Under the pieces are notes generated by a model, which searched no databases, was not told the origin of the DNA, and was given only the letters and a program-made list of their open reading frames with translations. From positions 58,838,001-58,902,000 of the forward strand of contig NC_043002.1 in assembly GCF_006345805.1 (NCBI RefSeq): a stretch of DNA of 64,000 nt, in the 5' to 3' direction. Source of the DNA: Octopus sinensis (taxonomy: Eukaryota). The translations under genes were made by a program, and so were the position numbers. Below, piece after piece: positions 11,992 to 25,318 of this stretch (position 1 is the first letter of the stretch; each line of letters opens with the position of its first letter).

Positions 11992-14900
11992 TATATGATG
12001 GGCTTCTTTCAGTTTCTGTCTACCAAATCCACTCACAAGGATTTGGTTGGCTTGAGGCTATACTAGAAGACACTTGCCCAAAGTGCCATGTAGTGGGACT
12101 GAACCTGGAACCATGTGGTTGGTGAGCAATCTACTTACCACATAGCCACTTCTGCACCTATATATATATATATATTATATATATATATATATATCATCAT
12201 CATCATCATCATCATCGTTTAACGTGTGCTTTCCATGCTGGTATGGGTCGGATGGTATGACTGAGGACCGGCGAGCCAGTTGGCTGTGCCAGGCTCCATT
12301 CTGATCTGGCAGAGTTTCTACTGCTGGATGCACTTCCTAATGCCAACCACTCCGAGAGTGTAGTGGGAGCTTTTATGTTCCACCGCCATGAGGGCCAGTC
12401 GGGCGGTACTAGCAATGGCCACACTCAAATGGTGCTTTTTACATGCCACCTGCACAGGAACCAGTCCAGCGACACTGGCAACAATCTCGCTCAAATAATG
12501 TTTTTAACGTGTCGCTGACACAAGTGCCAGTAAGGTGACACTGGTAACAATCACACTCAAATGGTGCTTTTTACATGCCACCAGCACGGGAGCCAGTCAA
12601 TGGCCCTTGCAACGATCATGCTCGGATTGTGATCTTAGCGCTCTACTAGCACAGACGCCAGTCATGAGGTGCTGTCATCAAATTTGACTTATATATGTGT
12701 GTCTGTGTGTATGGATATATATATATATATAGGTACGTAGCTATGCGTTTGTTTTTTGCTCCACCCCACTGCTTGGCAATAAGTACCAGATCACTACAAT
12801 AAGAACCAGACTTAAAAAATAAGTACAGGAGTCAATTTGTTTGATTAAACCCCTACAAGGCAGAGTCCTAGCACGGCTGCAATCCAATGACTGAAACAAG
12901 ATATACATACATACAGGTTGTGTGCTCTCTCATACACACTCTCACACACACAACACAGTGATATATTTTATAGCAGCTACTAATCCTAATTATTTATTAT
13001 AATATACAAGATCAATAGTTGCTTCATTGAGGGTGATTTTGTTTTTTGTTTTTTTTTTGTTTTTCGTCGATAAACTAAGCACTCATCAATTACTTGGGTC
13101 TATCTAATTGACAATCCACCATTTCTCCAGAGATCTGTAGTTTGTGCACATGTTACAGATCAATATTGTCAAAATTAATTGAATTCAGTAAATACATTTT
13201 ACTATCTCTGAACAGTGGATGCCAAGAGAGGTACCTCTCGTGCGGATACATGACTATGTGTTTACCAGATGTGTCTAGTAAATACTACAAGTTTGCAAAT
13301 CTGGTCAAGGCAGCAAGCTGGCAGAACCATTAGCAAACAGAGCAAAATGCTTAGCAGCATTTCATCCATCTTTACATTCTGAGTTCAAATTCCACCAAGG
13401 TCGACTTTTATCATTTTGGGGTTGATAAAATAAGTACCAGTTGAGTATTGGGGTTGATACAAATGACTTACCCCCCCTCCCCAGACAGACAGCATAGGGA
13501 GCCTGTTGGATGCAGCATGGTTGAATAGTTAGGAAATTCTCATTACAATCAAGTGGTCCTGTGTTCACTTCCATGACTTTGGTTTGACCCAAGCTTTCTA
13601 AGTGAGGCTGATTAGATGGAAACTGCATGGAAGCCTGCAGAATAGATTATACCTGTAATTCAAAGGTCTGACTTCTTGTCAAACACTATGTCTTGCTCAT
13701 TCTGCCTGAGGATTATCTTGATACTCAGCCACATAGATTTTAACTCAATGGTTCTCAACTGGGGTTCATGTGGCCCTTGGGGTTCCATATAAGAACTGCT
13801 AGCCTTACGTGAAAATTTGAAGCCAAACAGGTGATGAGCTGGCAGAATTGTTAGCCTGCCAGGCAAAATGCTTAGAGGCATTTTTTCTGTCTTTCTACAT
13901 TTCAAGTTCAAATTCTACCTGGATTGATTTTGTCTTTCATCTATTCAGGGTCGATAAATTAAGTACCAGTTGTGTACTGGGGTTGACATAATCAACTTAC
14001 CCCCTCCTTCGAAATTGCCTGGCCTTGTGCCAAAATTTGAAATCAATATTAGAAGTTTGTAAATGATAATAATATGACTCAAAACCAATAGATCATAAGT
14101 ACAGTGAGCAGAAAATACCTGCAATCAAAGATGAAATGGTCAAGGACACTACCTTTATTTCAATTTACCTTAAAAATTGTGAAGAAATATTGAAATAATT
14201 TTGTCAGTGCTAAGCTGAAGTTTTTTTTTAATTTCTCTTACTTGTTTCAGTCACTGGACTCTGGTCATACTGGGGCACTACCTTGAAGGGTTTAGGAGAA
14301 CAAATCAACCATGGTACTTATTTTTTAGTCTCATATTTATTCCAGCAATCTCTTTTACAGGAAAGTAAACAAACCAACACCAGTTGTCAAGTAGTGGTGG
14401 GGGACAAATGCTAGGACATATGGGTGAGGGGTCCTGATTTGCAAGTACTTAGTAACCTCACCAGTGCTACTGCCACAAAAAGAAAGTACCCAAAACACAC
14501 TGTAAACTGGTTGGTTTTAGGTAGGGCATCAGCTGTAGAGACCATGCAAAAGAAGACATTGGAACTGAGTACAGTCCTCTGGCTCAACAGTTCTTATGAA
14601 ACCATCCAAACCATTCATGCAAGGAAAAAGGGATGATGATGATTAATGATGATTGATGATGATGAATGCAAACACACATACACAGTGTTATAAAGTCAGT
14701 GGAATTGATTCAGAAATATTTCCTGCAACTCTGATTTTCTAAACTATCCTGTAAAAAAAATCAACCTTGATCGATTAAATATTCCACAAGGGAAACAGTA
14801 TAAAGCAGAGATTAAGTTACGCAGAATGCTAAAATATTTCACTCTATGTTCAACCAATGGATTCAGTTCTTCACAAGTACCATTATCTCTCAAACAAGCA

Positions 14901-14997
14901 GGAAAGTTGGAAGAGAAATAGATGAATTAATGTGTACTAAAGTGAACAGGAAAAAAAAAATGTATTGATACAAATATGTTAATGATTATTACTAAAG

Positions 14998-15640
14998 GTA
15001 AGGAGGTGAGCTGGCAGAAACGTTAGTATGCCGGGCAAAATGCTTAGCGGGTATTTCATCTGTCTTTACATTCTTAGTTCAAATTCCGCCAAGGTCAACT
15101 TTGCTTTTCATCCTTTTAGGGTCAATAAATTAAGTACCAGTTGCATACTGGGGTTGATCTAATTGACTGGACCCCTCCCCCAAAATTTCAGGCCTTGTGC
15201 CTAGAGTAGAAAAAAATAGTTTTATTCTGCCGAGGTTGACTTTGCCTTTCATCCTTTTGGGGTCAATAAATTAAGTACCAGTTGTGTACTGAGGTCGAAT
15301 CTAATCGACTGGACCTCCTCCCAAAAATTTCAAGACTTGTGCCAAGAGTAGAAAAAAATAGTTTTATTCTGCCGAGGTTGACTTTGCCTTTCATCCTTTT
15401 GGGGTCAATAAATTAAGTACCAGTTGTGTACTGAGGTCGAATCTAATCGACTGGACCTCCTCCCAAAAATTTCAAGACTTGTGCCAAGAGTAGAAAAAAA
15501 TAGTTTTTATTCAACCAAGGTCAACTTTGCCTTTCATCCTTTCAGGGTTGATAAATTAAGTACCAGTTGTGTGCTGGGGCCGATCTAATTGACTGGCCTC
15601 CTTCCCAAAATTTCGTGCCTTGTGCCTAGAGTAGAAAAGA
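14998..15640 (+). mobile_element. SINE family B followed by three tandem 3'-half copies, within one TSD
   Basis: Identical 142-bp units 15218-15359 and 15360-15501 plus a diverged third; GATTATTAC(T/A)AAAGGT flanks the whole array (14984-14999, 15639-15654). Confidence 0.85.
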
Positions 15641-16836
15641 TTATTACAAAAGGTCTTAAGATCATTGTAGGAACTCCACTGACTTTTAACTGTACTTAGA
15701 GTGTGATTCCAATGTTGTAGCTGTAATAAATGTCACTTAAATATTTCATGTCTTATCATTTGTCTCTACAGATGGCAGAATCGTTAGCATGCTAGGAAAA
15801 TGCTTAGTGGTATTTCGCCCATCGCTATGTTCTGAGTTAAAATTCTGCCAAGGTTGGCTTTGCCTTTCATCCTTTCGGGGTTGATAAATTAAGTACCAGT
15901 TGTGTACTGGGGGCGACCTAATCGACTGGCCTCTTTTTCCAAATTTCAGGCCTTGTGCCTATAGTACAAAGGATAATTTTTATTATTATTATTATTATAT
16001 TATTATTATTATTATAAAGAGAGCAGTGCAAGCCATCAAAGTGACACTGGGGTACAAATGTACTAAGCTCTGTACACCCATCATGCCAATCTATCTGATA
16101 AAGGTACACTAGGCACATGCATCACAACTATGTGTGTGCAACATGGTGACCACATATCAAGATAAACAGGGCATGACCTTATTAGTGGGGCCCAAGAAGC
16201 AGTTAAAATTTTCTTCAAGTTGAGCAGCCTGTCCCACTCAAAAAGTCCCTGAATAATGGTTGTTTAAGGTTAACGAATGAAACACACACATTTCAAGGGG
16301 TAGATTATTCAAATCCCCACAAAATCCCTCTCAACACATAGCTATGATGCTCCCCTGTTACTCCTGCTCATGATTATAGATGCACATATCGTCAACCACT
16401 AAGGGACATGCTCAACTGGTTAAGGTTAAGCAACTGACAAGCAAATCTGTAGCATTGAGCAGAATATTTGTTGTAGTCCATACTTTACACTAAGTGTGTA
16501 TGTACAGGTGTGTATGTACATGTTAATACTTTCAATAAGTTAAGATCAGGCACCACGAGAGCCAGTGCCTGGTACAGTTATTATTATTATCACTGTTATT
16601 TACTTTTAATGTTTGTTGTAATCACTTGCTGAGACACACCCAGCATCCTAGGGAAAGCGAAGGTTAAGGGATGCTGATATATAACTGAAATCTTGGAGAG
16701 GGGAAGTGGCAAGGGCAGTAGCGAAATACCTCTATATAATGCAACACAAACATTTAAATTGGCAGGGTTTTTCTAAGAATGTAGGTAGCACTTGTCAGCA
16801 GAATCTTTGGATACTTTGACCACACAAGTCCTGAAA

Positions 16837-17097
16837 ATGCCACCTAAGTCACAACAAACAGAAAACTTATTGAACCAAAGTATCCTAAAAGAATTAAAAG
16901 AAATCTCCTCCAAACTTTCAACCCTAATCAACAAAGTCGAACAATCACAGTTATACCTAAATGGATTCCTGGAGGCTAAAACAGTCAATCAAACCCTTGA
17001 CATCATCCCAACATTACAAAACCTAATCAAATCTATAGAGACAACAATACTTCCAAAGCAGGAACACAGTACAGACTGTTACGCAGTAAAAAAGTAA
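16837..17097 (+). other. 86-aa coiled-coil-like ORF, possibly a truncated non-LTR retrotransposon ORF1
   Basis: Non-microsatellite ORF MPPKSQQTENLLNQSILKELKEISSKLSTLINKVEQ with heptad-like L/I spacing; TATATAA ~100 bp upstream. No recognised family. Confidence 0.3.
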
Positions 17098-17178
17098 ATA
17101 AATATCTTTTAAAATTGCATTTTCAAACCTTCTATCATATATAATTCCACTCGTGCGGTACCTTACAACTTCACTTTG

Positions 17179-17242
<64 letters not shown>

Positions 17243-17740
17243 CAGCAGGTTTCATTCAGTTTCCATCTACCAAATCCACTCACAAGGCTTTGGTTGGCCC
17301 AAGGCTATAGTAGACTGTCCATCTACTTGTCTTCTATCTCTGTCTGTCTGTTTGTCTTTATCATCAATGTTCTTATCTAACCTACGATTAACCTAATTCA
17401 ATTCTTACTTCCTTTATTCCACCTGTTCCTTTTTTAATTTTTAAAGCCTACATTCAGTAGACTGAAACAAGTAAAAAGAGTAAAAAAAAAGAGTAAAGAG
17501 TGTGAAGGCAGGAGGGTTGGGGTCTGAATCATGTTGGATTTCATTACTGACACAGTTGCAAAGCCAGCTTCAGATACACAGGGATGAATTTATATTACTA
17601 AGTGGAAAGTTGTTGAGCAGTTGGATGAGTTAGTGTTGAGACTCAGTACTTTTCTAAGATGAGAACAGAGTGTAGTTGACAATAGTTTACAATCAGGTTA
17701 AGCAGGTGGGTAGGTGAAGTATGAGGAAGAACTTTAACAG

Positions 17741-17840
17741 ATTAAAATCCACCATGTAAATTATTCACCCCCTTCCGTCGTGAATCTGAAACTGAAGCGG
17801 TCTCATTTCTCAGAAGAAATCTATTTCCAGGTCTCACATA
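17741..17840 (+). other. Candidate coding exon (IKIHHVNYSPPSVVNLKLKRSHFSEEIYFQVSH)
   Basis: Acceptor CTTTAACAG, open frame, donor GTTAGT at 17841; degenerate paralogous block at 19289-19400 with many synonymous differences. Confidence 0.3.
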
Positions 17841-18044
17841 GTTAGTTTATCAAGTATTTTCACATGTAGCCATGCATTCAGTCACATGTATCCATGCATT
17901 CATTCACATTTTTTTGTCTTTTCCTATCGTTAAAAATATAGTATTTTATCAATGAGATGACTACTATTAACTTCTCACACACATACATTCATATTCAAAC
18001 ATACACAGATATACACATATAGGCAGCATATAGGATATACACAT

Positions 18045-18276
18045 AAGGTGACGAGCTGGCAGAAACATTAGCACACCAGGCGAAATGCTTAGCGGTATTT
18101 CATCTACCATTATGTTCTGAGTTCAAATTCTGTTGAGGTCGACTTTGCCTTTATTCCTTTTGGGGTTGATTAAATAAGTACCAGTTATGCACTGGGATCA
18201 ATGTAATCGACTTAATCCCTTTGTCTGTCCTTGTTTGTCCCCTCTATGTTTAGCCCCCTGTGGGCAATAAAGACAT
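18045..18276 (+). mobile_element. SINE family B with 12-bp TSD
   Basis: GATATACACATA on both sides; ends CCCCCTGTGGGCAATAAAGACATA. Confidence 0.85.
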
Positions 18277-18322
18277 AGATATACACATATAGATAGAGGG
18301 ATAAACAGAGAGAGAGAGACAG

Positions 18323-18372
<50 letters not shown>

Positions 18373-19518
18373 GCAGACAGACAGACAAACAGACCAACCA
18401 ATGGATAAACAGACAGATGGATAGACAAATAAAAAGGTAGATAGGCAAATAAAAAGACTAACAGACAGAGATAGAAGACAAGTAGTTGGACAGGCAGACA
18501 GATAAATTGGCAGACAAACAGATATAGATAGTGAGAGAGGAGAGAGAATGACCCACAAATATTAGATACAGCTTTTATACTACTGTACTCATAAAACTGA
18601 TTTGATTAAATAAATAAATTTGCTTTGACCTGACTAATAAGAACGTTCTCCAAATGTCAACTATGTCAGCTTTGTTTCAACTGAATTATTTAAACACTTT
18701 CACTGTTGCTGAGATCCAGTAAATGTCAGCGGCTGATTTAAAAAATGTGTTTGAGCAGAATTTAGGCTTTAAAAATTAAAAAAGGAACAGGTGGAATAAA
18801 GGAAGTAAGAATTAAATTAGGTTAATCGTAGGTTAGATAAGAACACTGAAGATAAAGAATTTGGTCAGAGGTGCATGTCGGAATCCAGTGCGTTCATTTA
18901 CTTCGCATACACACACATCATCATCATAATCATCAATTAACGCCTGTTTTCTGTCAATCGCTCACAAACTTATGTGTGCGTGCATGTGTATGTTCATGTG
19001 TGTATGTATGTATGTATGTATGGATGGATGGATGGATGGCTTGCCAAGGAGCTGACAGACCAGAGAGCTGCATCAGGCACCAACTGTCTGTTTGGCAACG
19101 TTTCAAATTCTGCTCGGGTCGACTTTGCCTTTCATCCTTTCAAGTTTGATAAAACATCGACCAGTTGAGCACTGGGGTCAATGTGATCAACTTAACCCCT
19201 ACCTCCAAAATTGCTGGCCTTGTGCCAAAATTTGAAACCAATATATATTATTGTAAGTGGATGAAGTGCCACAATCAATGATTATAAGATGAGGAAGAAC
19301 AGCCATAAATCCACCCAATATAATGACCCCCTTCCATTGTAAATTTCAAGCTAAAGAGATTTCATTTCTCAGCAGAAATCTATTTCCAAGTCTCACAAAG
19401 TTTATCATGCATTTTCACATGTAGACATTCATTCAATCACATCTTTTGTCTTTTCCTATCATAAAATATAGTATTTTTCTAATGAGATGATTACTACACA
19501 ACTAACTTCTTCCTGCAG

Positions 19519-19541
19519 TGGATTTGAAACTGAACTTCCAG
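19519..19541 (+). other. Candidate 23-nt micro-exon
   Basis: Branch-like CTAAC, pyrimidine tract TTCTTCCTGCAG, donor CAG|GTAACT; two frames open (DLKLNFQ or GFETELP). Confidence 0.35.
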
Positions 19542-20254
19542 GTAACTGTTCAGACAACAAGACCAAACCACAATAATTTCACAGGACCAAATTATTAAGC
19601 AGATTCAGCATCAAGCCATCATGTGCTTCCATCTTCTAGAATCTTCTTCTTGTACCCAATAAAAGGCCATTTTTGGCAGTATTTAATTGTAGAATATTGA
19701 AGCAACTGAGCAATATGTATCTTCATTCTTGCCACACCAGACAGCGTGCATTTTTACAGCAAGATGACCCAGGAAGGCAGCTAAGACAGATGAGCACAGA
19801 TAAATAACAGGAACCTCCATTGCCACAAATATAGTACAGTTGTTTCCAGTTATGTCGGGCAAGCCACATGTTGCCATATCAGTATCTTGCCTTAAATTCC
19901 ATGCAGTATCTCTTTCACCCAGGATATAATTATTGCTGTTGTTATCTATAAAAGGCCAACACAGTTTGTCTTTATTTGCAAAAATAAAATCTTCTTCTAA
20001 ATGTTCATGTCTGTTGTTCAGTTATTTCTTCACACAACTCAAGAAACATATTTTCATTCATCAACTCAACCAGTCAACACAGCAGCCAATAACAACAACA
20101 ACACTACCCACGCAACACTCCCACACATACAGGTTCATGCAAAAATACACATACAAGTAGATACACATACATGCATACAAGAATTAATATCTATAAGCAT
20201 CTGGAGTGAGATAGACAGAAACATTGTGAGAAGTGCATGAATGGGTATTTATAG

Positions 20255-20544
20255 CAGGAGTCATGGAGTTGGAGTCGAAAACAATTAATGGGTAGCTGGA
20301 ATCGGAGTCGGTAATAATATACCGACTCTGACTCCAACTCACAATGTCTTTATTCTTTAATATAAACCAGTTATAAGATATAGGCCTACTCAAAGTACAA
20401 GTGTATTCTTATGCTTTATGATATATGTAGACCACAATCACTTAATTACATAAAGAGGAGTCAGAGTCGGAATCGGAGTCAGAGGTGCCAATAGTACAGG
20501 AGTCAGAATAAGAGTTAAGTTTTTGTTTTGACTCCACAGCCCTG
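20255..20544. mobile_element. hAT-like MITE with GGAGTC subterminal repeats
   Basis: Ends CAGGAGTCATGGAGT / GACTCCACAGCCCTG; TSD ATTTATAG / GTTTATAG (7/8). Confidence 0.75.
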
Positions 20545-21514
20545 GTTTATAGAAATTGAAAGGAGGAAAATACCATCATCATCACTGTCATTTTAATGTC
20601 TACTTTTCCATGCTTGTATGGGTCAGACAGTGTATTCTGCAATCGATTTTGCTATGACTGGATGTCCCTCCTATCACTAACCCCAAAACTTGTTTCTGAG
20701 CAAGAAAATATTTCCTTGTAACCAAAAGTGTTTCCATAGAACATTACATACAAACAATGTCACTTGTATGATGGTAATACTTGCTTACATCTACCATACA
20801 ATGGCAAGATGAGACACAATCATACATACACACACATATATATTTATATGTAAACACACACACAAGTTTCTTTCAGTTTCTGTCCACCAAATCCACTTGA
20901 AAGGCTTTGGTCAACTATAACAGAAGACACTGGTCCAAGGTGCCACATAGTAGGACTGAACCCAAAATTGTGTATTTGGGAAACAGACTTAACCACACAG
21001 CCATGTCTGTAAACATACACACACACACATACATATATGTATATGAAGGAGTGGGGGGTAAGAAAGTAAGAAGAGCACCATGAAAGTAACAGAGAGAAAA
21101 TGAGAGAGTGAGAGGAACAGAGAGAGAGAGAGAGAGGACGTCAAAAGGAGAAGTAGCAGTAAAGAAGAGACTGCAACTGAAAGAGAAGGGGGTAGAGAGA
21201 GAGAGAGAGAGAGGAGAGAGAGTGTATGTAGTAGGGAGATTGATAAATTGAAAACAGAGTGTTCATGAGAGCATGAACTGGTGGATAATAGAGATAAAAC
21301 AGTGAATGGGAACAAAGGAAAGCAAATGATTGAGCAAGGTGTGATAGAAAGATAGAATGAAAAAAGGTGCTTCAATGATGGGTGGTGGTGATGACGATGA
21401 TGATGATGATGTGTGTGTGTTTAAACTTTGGTCTTTTCATTTGGGTTTTAATTTACAAATCTTTATTGATTTTTCAGTTCATGGCCAAAATGTTTTCCCC
21501 TAACTTTGCTGCGT

Positions 21515-22140
21515 ATAGACCATTGTCATTATCACAACCATCGTTACCACCACCATCATCAACACCTCCAGTATTATCATCATCACCACCACCATCATTA
21601 CCAACACCATTATCAACAACACCAGCATCCTCATCAACACTTCCACCATCATCATCACCACCACCATTATCATCATCAACACCTCCACCACAATCATCAT
21701 CATCACCACCACCGTTATAATAACACCACCATCATCAACACCATTATCATCAACACTTCCACCATCATCATCATCACCACCACCATCATCATCAACACCA
21801 ACATTAACAACTCCACTATCATTATCATCACCATTATCATCAACACTACCATCATTATCATCATCACCAACATCATCATCCCCACCATCATCAACACTTC
21901 CACCACCATCATCAACATTTCCACCATCATTGTTGTCACCACCATCATCATCATCACCAGCATCATCAACACCATCATTGTCATCATCACCACCACCATT
22001 ATCATCATCACCACCATCATCAACATCATCGACACCACCATCATCATCATCAATACCACCTCCATCATCAACACCACCTCCATTTCCACCATCAGCACAA
22101 TCACTATCATTACCATCATTGCCTCTCTCCTTATCAACGT
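21515..22140. repeat. ~620-bp imperfect (CAT/CAC/CAA)n trinucleotide tract
   Basis: Direct reading; accounts for the poly-His, poly-Ile/Thr and poly-Ser/Pro ORFs. Confidence 0.95.
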
Positions 22141-22732
22141 AATAAGCGTCATCTTAGAAATCCATATACTCTTATATCTGTGAAAGTTCGATAGATTTTT
22201 GCGACTCCATTTGGCTCAACTCCAAAATATGTGAAATACAAGAATAAAAGTGAACTCATTTCCCATTACGTAACATTGGTGTAGTAAGAGCTTTTGCGTA
22301 TTTGAGCATAAAACATTTTGGAGAAGTTTGGTAGTTCTATGAATTTCCTGGCGCCAAGTCTTAGGAATTGATTTAAAGAAAAGAAGTTAGCAAGTCCAAA
22401 CCTAACTGCAGTTTCAAGTTAAGACACAGGCGCCTATTTGAAGTCAGTAAGTCTGATATAAACCTGAATTGTTATCATTCATAGGAACACCCCTGAAAAA
22501 ACATTTCATTTTCTGCAACCAAGTAACCAGCTTTTATGAGTCCAAGGGGCTCATGAAAAAAAAGTCTATTTTCAAGTTTGATATAGTATCAAATAACCTT
22601 AAGAAAATAATGTATAGAGCACTGCTAACACAGTAGAACATGGTGTAGACACATAAAAACATTTAATATACTTTATAGTATATATATGGTTGCATAACGA
22701 AATACCAGGTGCTTACAAGTCATTAATGTTTA

Positions 22733-22915
22733 CACTAGCGTAGCTAGAGTATGTGCCACCCAGGGGCGGCCCTTCTGTTTGCTGCCTCTGGACTCCACAA
22801 AAAACACATATTGTCTACAACAATAGCCTACAACAGGATGAAAAGTGCCACCCCTTTAAAAGTGTTGCCTGGGGCAGACTGACCCTACCACCCTCCCTCC
22901 CTAGCTATGCTAGTG
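22733..22915. mobile_element. hAT-like MITE
   Basis: 15-bp TIRs CACTAGCGTAGCTAG / CTAGCTATGCTAGTG; TSD AATGTTTA / AATATTTA. Confidence 0.8.
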
Positions 22916-23251
22916 AATATTTACATACTAGCCCCAGGAATGCATTTAATATGTAAATTGGTATATCCAATAACTTAACACTGCTGTATGCAGTGGCTAT
23001 ATGAACAATGTGTTTGGAGGCATAGATGGGTTGGATAGGTGCTGATGAAAGGGCAACAAGTCCTGAAATATGGCATATACACTCATTATCCATTTTTGTC
23101 TCCGATCTTAATGTTTGTTTTCATCTGATGTTTTGATACAAAACATTGTAGCAAAAAAATCAGTGCTGGCTATAATTTCTGTAGAAACAACAAAATAATG
23201 CTAAGAGCACTGCTAATGCAGTAGAACATGGTATTGACTTATAAAAACATT

Positions 23252-23485
23252 GAAGGTGGAGAGCTGGCAGAATCGTTAGCACGCCGGGCGAAATGCTTAG
23301 CAGTATTTCGTCTGTCATTACGTTCTGAGTTCAAATTCCGTCGGGGTTGACTTTGCCTTTCATCCTTTCGGGGTCGATAAATTAAGTACCAGTTACACAC
23401 TGGGGTCGATGTAATCAACTTAATACCTATGTCTGTCCTTGTTTGTCCCCTCTGTGTTTAGCCCCTTTTGGGTAATAAAGAAATA
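23252..23485 (+). mobile_element. Young SINE family B insertion with perfect 22-bp TSD
   Basis: GGTATTGACTTATAAAAACATT at 23230-23251 and 23486-23507; CpGs retained. Other TSD-flanked copies at ~36045-36285, 38925-39145, 52285-52520 and 53745-53958. Confidence 0.9.
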
Positions 23486-25237
23486 GGTATTGACTTATAA
23501 AAACATTTAACATACTTTAAAAGTATTTTATGGTTGTATAACGAAATACCATGTGCCTACAAGTCATTAACAAATGAAATGAATCATTTTCTCAGATATA
23601 AACAAAGTACCCACAATACAATGCTAAGTCTGTATAATTATTTTGTATGTCTAGAAGTTTTTAGAAGTGACTGCCGCAATGATGCAATCATAAAAGATGC
23701 AATAAGTACAAGCCAGCTGAAATTAGTTGGCATTTATTAAAAAAAAATGAGTTCACACAGAGAGACAATCTCGAAACATTCAAATGGTGTGTGAACAACT
23801 TAGGCGTTAACAGTAACAACATTAGTTAGATCAGAGGTTGCTTTGATCTGAGAAATATTTGCAGAGAACAATACCAAGTTTGTAGCATTGATTTATTCCA
23901 TAAATGTTCTCCATTCTAATAAGATTCTTTTAACTCACAGACCTGAAAACATCGTTGCACACCATACATGAATATGTACATTCATTTTGCAAGTAACAAA
24001 GCAACAATTGTTTAGAAATGATAGCTGAAAGATGTGTTGAGATGAGGTAATATAGTTTTAACAACATACTGGATATGTAAAATTTCAACAGATTTAACTA
24101 GTACCAACATACCTACCTACCTACAAATGTGCTTACCTATCTACCTGAAAATGTACTTACCTACCTATCTACCTTCCTACATACCTACATACTTGCAAAC
24201 CTACCTACCTACCTGTTTGTCTCACAGTATGAATAAATGCAAATAAATTAACATTTAATTTTTAAGATGTTTTGATTACTATGGATGGCATAAATAGGTT
24301 TCTGGAGTTTACAGCCCAGGGCAGCATTTTTTTTTTTAAATTTAAAGGGCTGCATTTAAAAACAGATATAACGAATGTCTGTGTGCATGTGTGTGTGTGT
24401 GTGTGTGTGTGAAACAAAGAGAGGGAGCAATTTATTATTAAGCTTGAATATAACAGGAAAGGTAAAATAGTCAAGGCCAGATGAGACTTGAACATAAAGA
24501 AAGAGAGAGAGAGATGGATGGACCAAAGGATGAGTGGATGGACAGCGATAATACTTCCAGTGATTCTAAAATTTAACATAATTATGGAACCACTAACAGT
24601 TATATTCTCCTTTACCTATACATACTTGGCCCCTCTCAGCCTGTCTGTCTGTTTTCTGTTCCCTATCTATCTATCTATTCATGTATCTATCTATCTGTTC
24701 ATGTATGTATGTATGTATGTATGTATGTATCCATCCACCCATCCATTCATCTATCCATCTGTTCATCCATTTGTGTATCTGTTGGCTTGTGTATGTATAT
24801 ATCTGTCTGACTATCAGCCTATGTTTCTATCTATCTGTGAATGTATGTATCTACCTATCTATCTTCTGCTGTTCTCTTTCTCAAACTACAAATAAATAGC
24901 AAATTCTTGCTACAATCAATGAATACCATAAGAGAAAAAAACCAGAGCTTTTGCTAAACTAAACTAAAATAATAATTAAATAAAAAGAACATAGCTGGCA
25001 GTGGGGAAGGACTGGGAGAGGAAGGTGGCTGATATATTGCTTGGAATATTTTTAGGCCACAGAAATCTGAGTACAACCAACAAAGCTGGCAGGAATCCTC
25101 ATTTTCTTAGAGAAGCCAAGCCAGAATCAACATCCTGCATATGTCAATAATTATTATTCCGGCCAGTTCTTAACTTCAGACAGCTGTTGTGTTTAAACAA
25201 TAGGAGGATAGTGATTGCAAACATCGACTTAGCCTAC

Positions 25238-25318
25238 CTTGGCTGACTCTTCTTCCTGTTCGACACCTCGGAAAGAAGTTCACAAATTGTCTGGCAGGCA
25301 TAAGCTTTATCTGCCAGG
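25238..25318 (-). other. Candidate 81-nt exon (LADKAYACQTICELLSEVSNRKKSQP)
   Basis: Donor AAG|GTAGGC, weak acceptor TTTCATTTCAATTGAAG, open frame, CpG-containing unique sequence. Confidence 0.25.

Noticed and set aside
19683-19877. 64-aa minus-strand ORF in unique sequence
   Set aside because: No recognisable motif or splice support; may be a decayed transposon but cannot be assigned.
21506-22183. 225-aa His/Ile/Thr-rich ORF, the longest in the track
   Set aside because: Arises from a stop-free trinucleotide tract; all frames give homopolymeric peptides and no splice or domain evidence exists.
22905-23170. Strong minus-strand acceptor near 23168 and ORF 22905-23093
   Set aside because: All frames hit stops before a credible donor; the ORF runs into a MITE.
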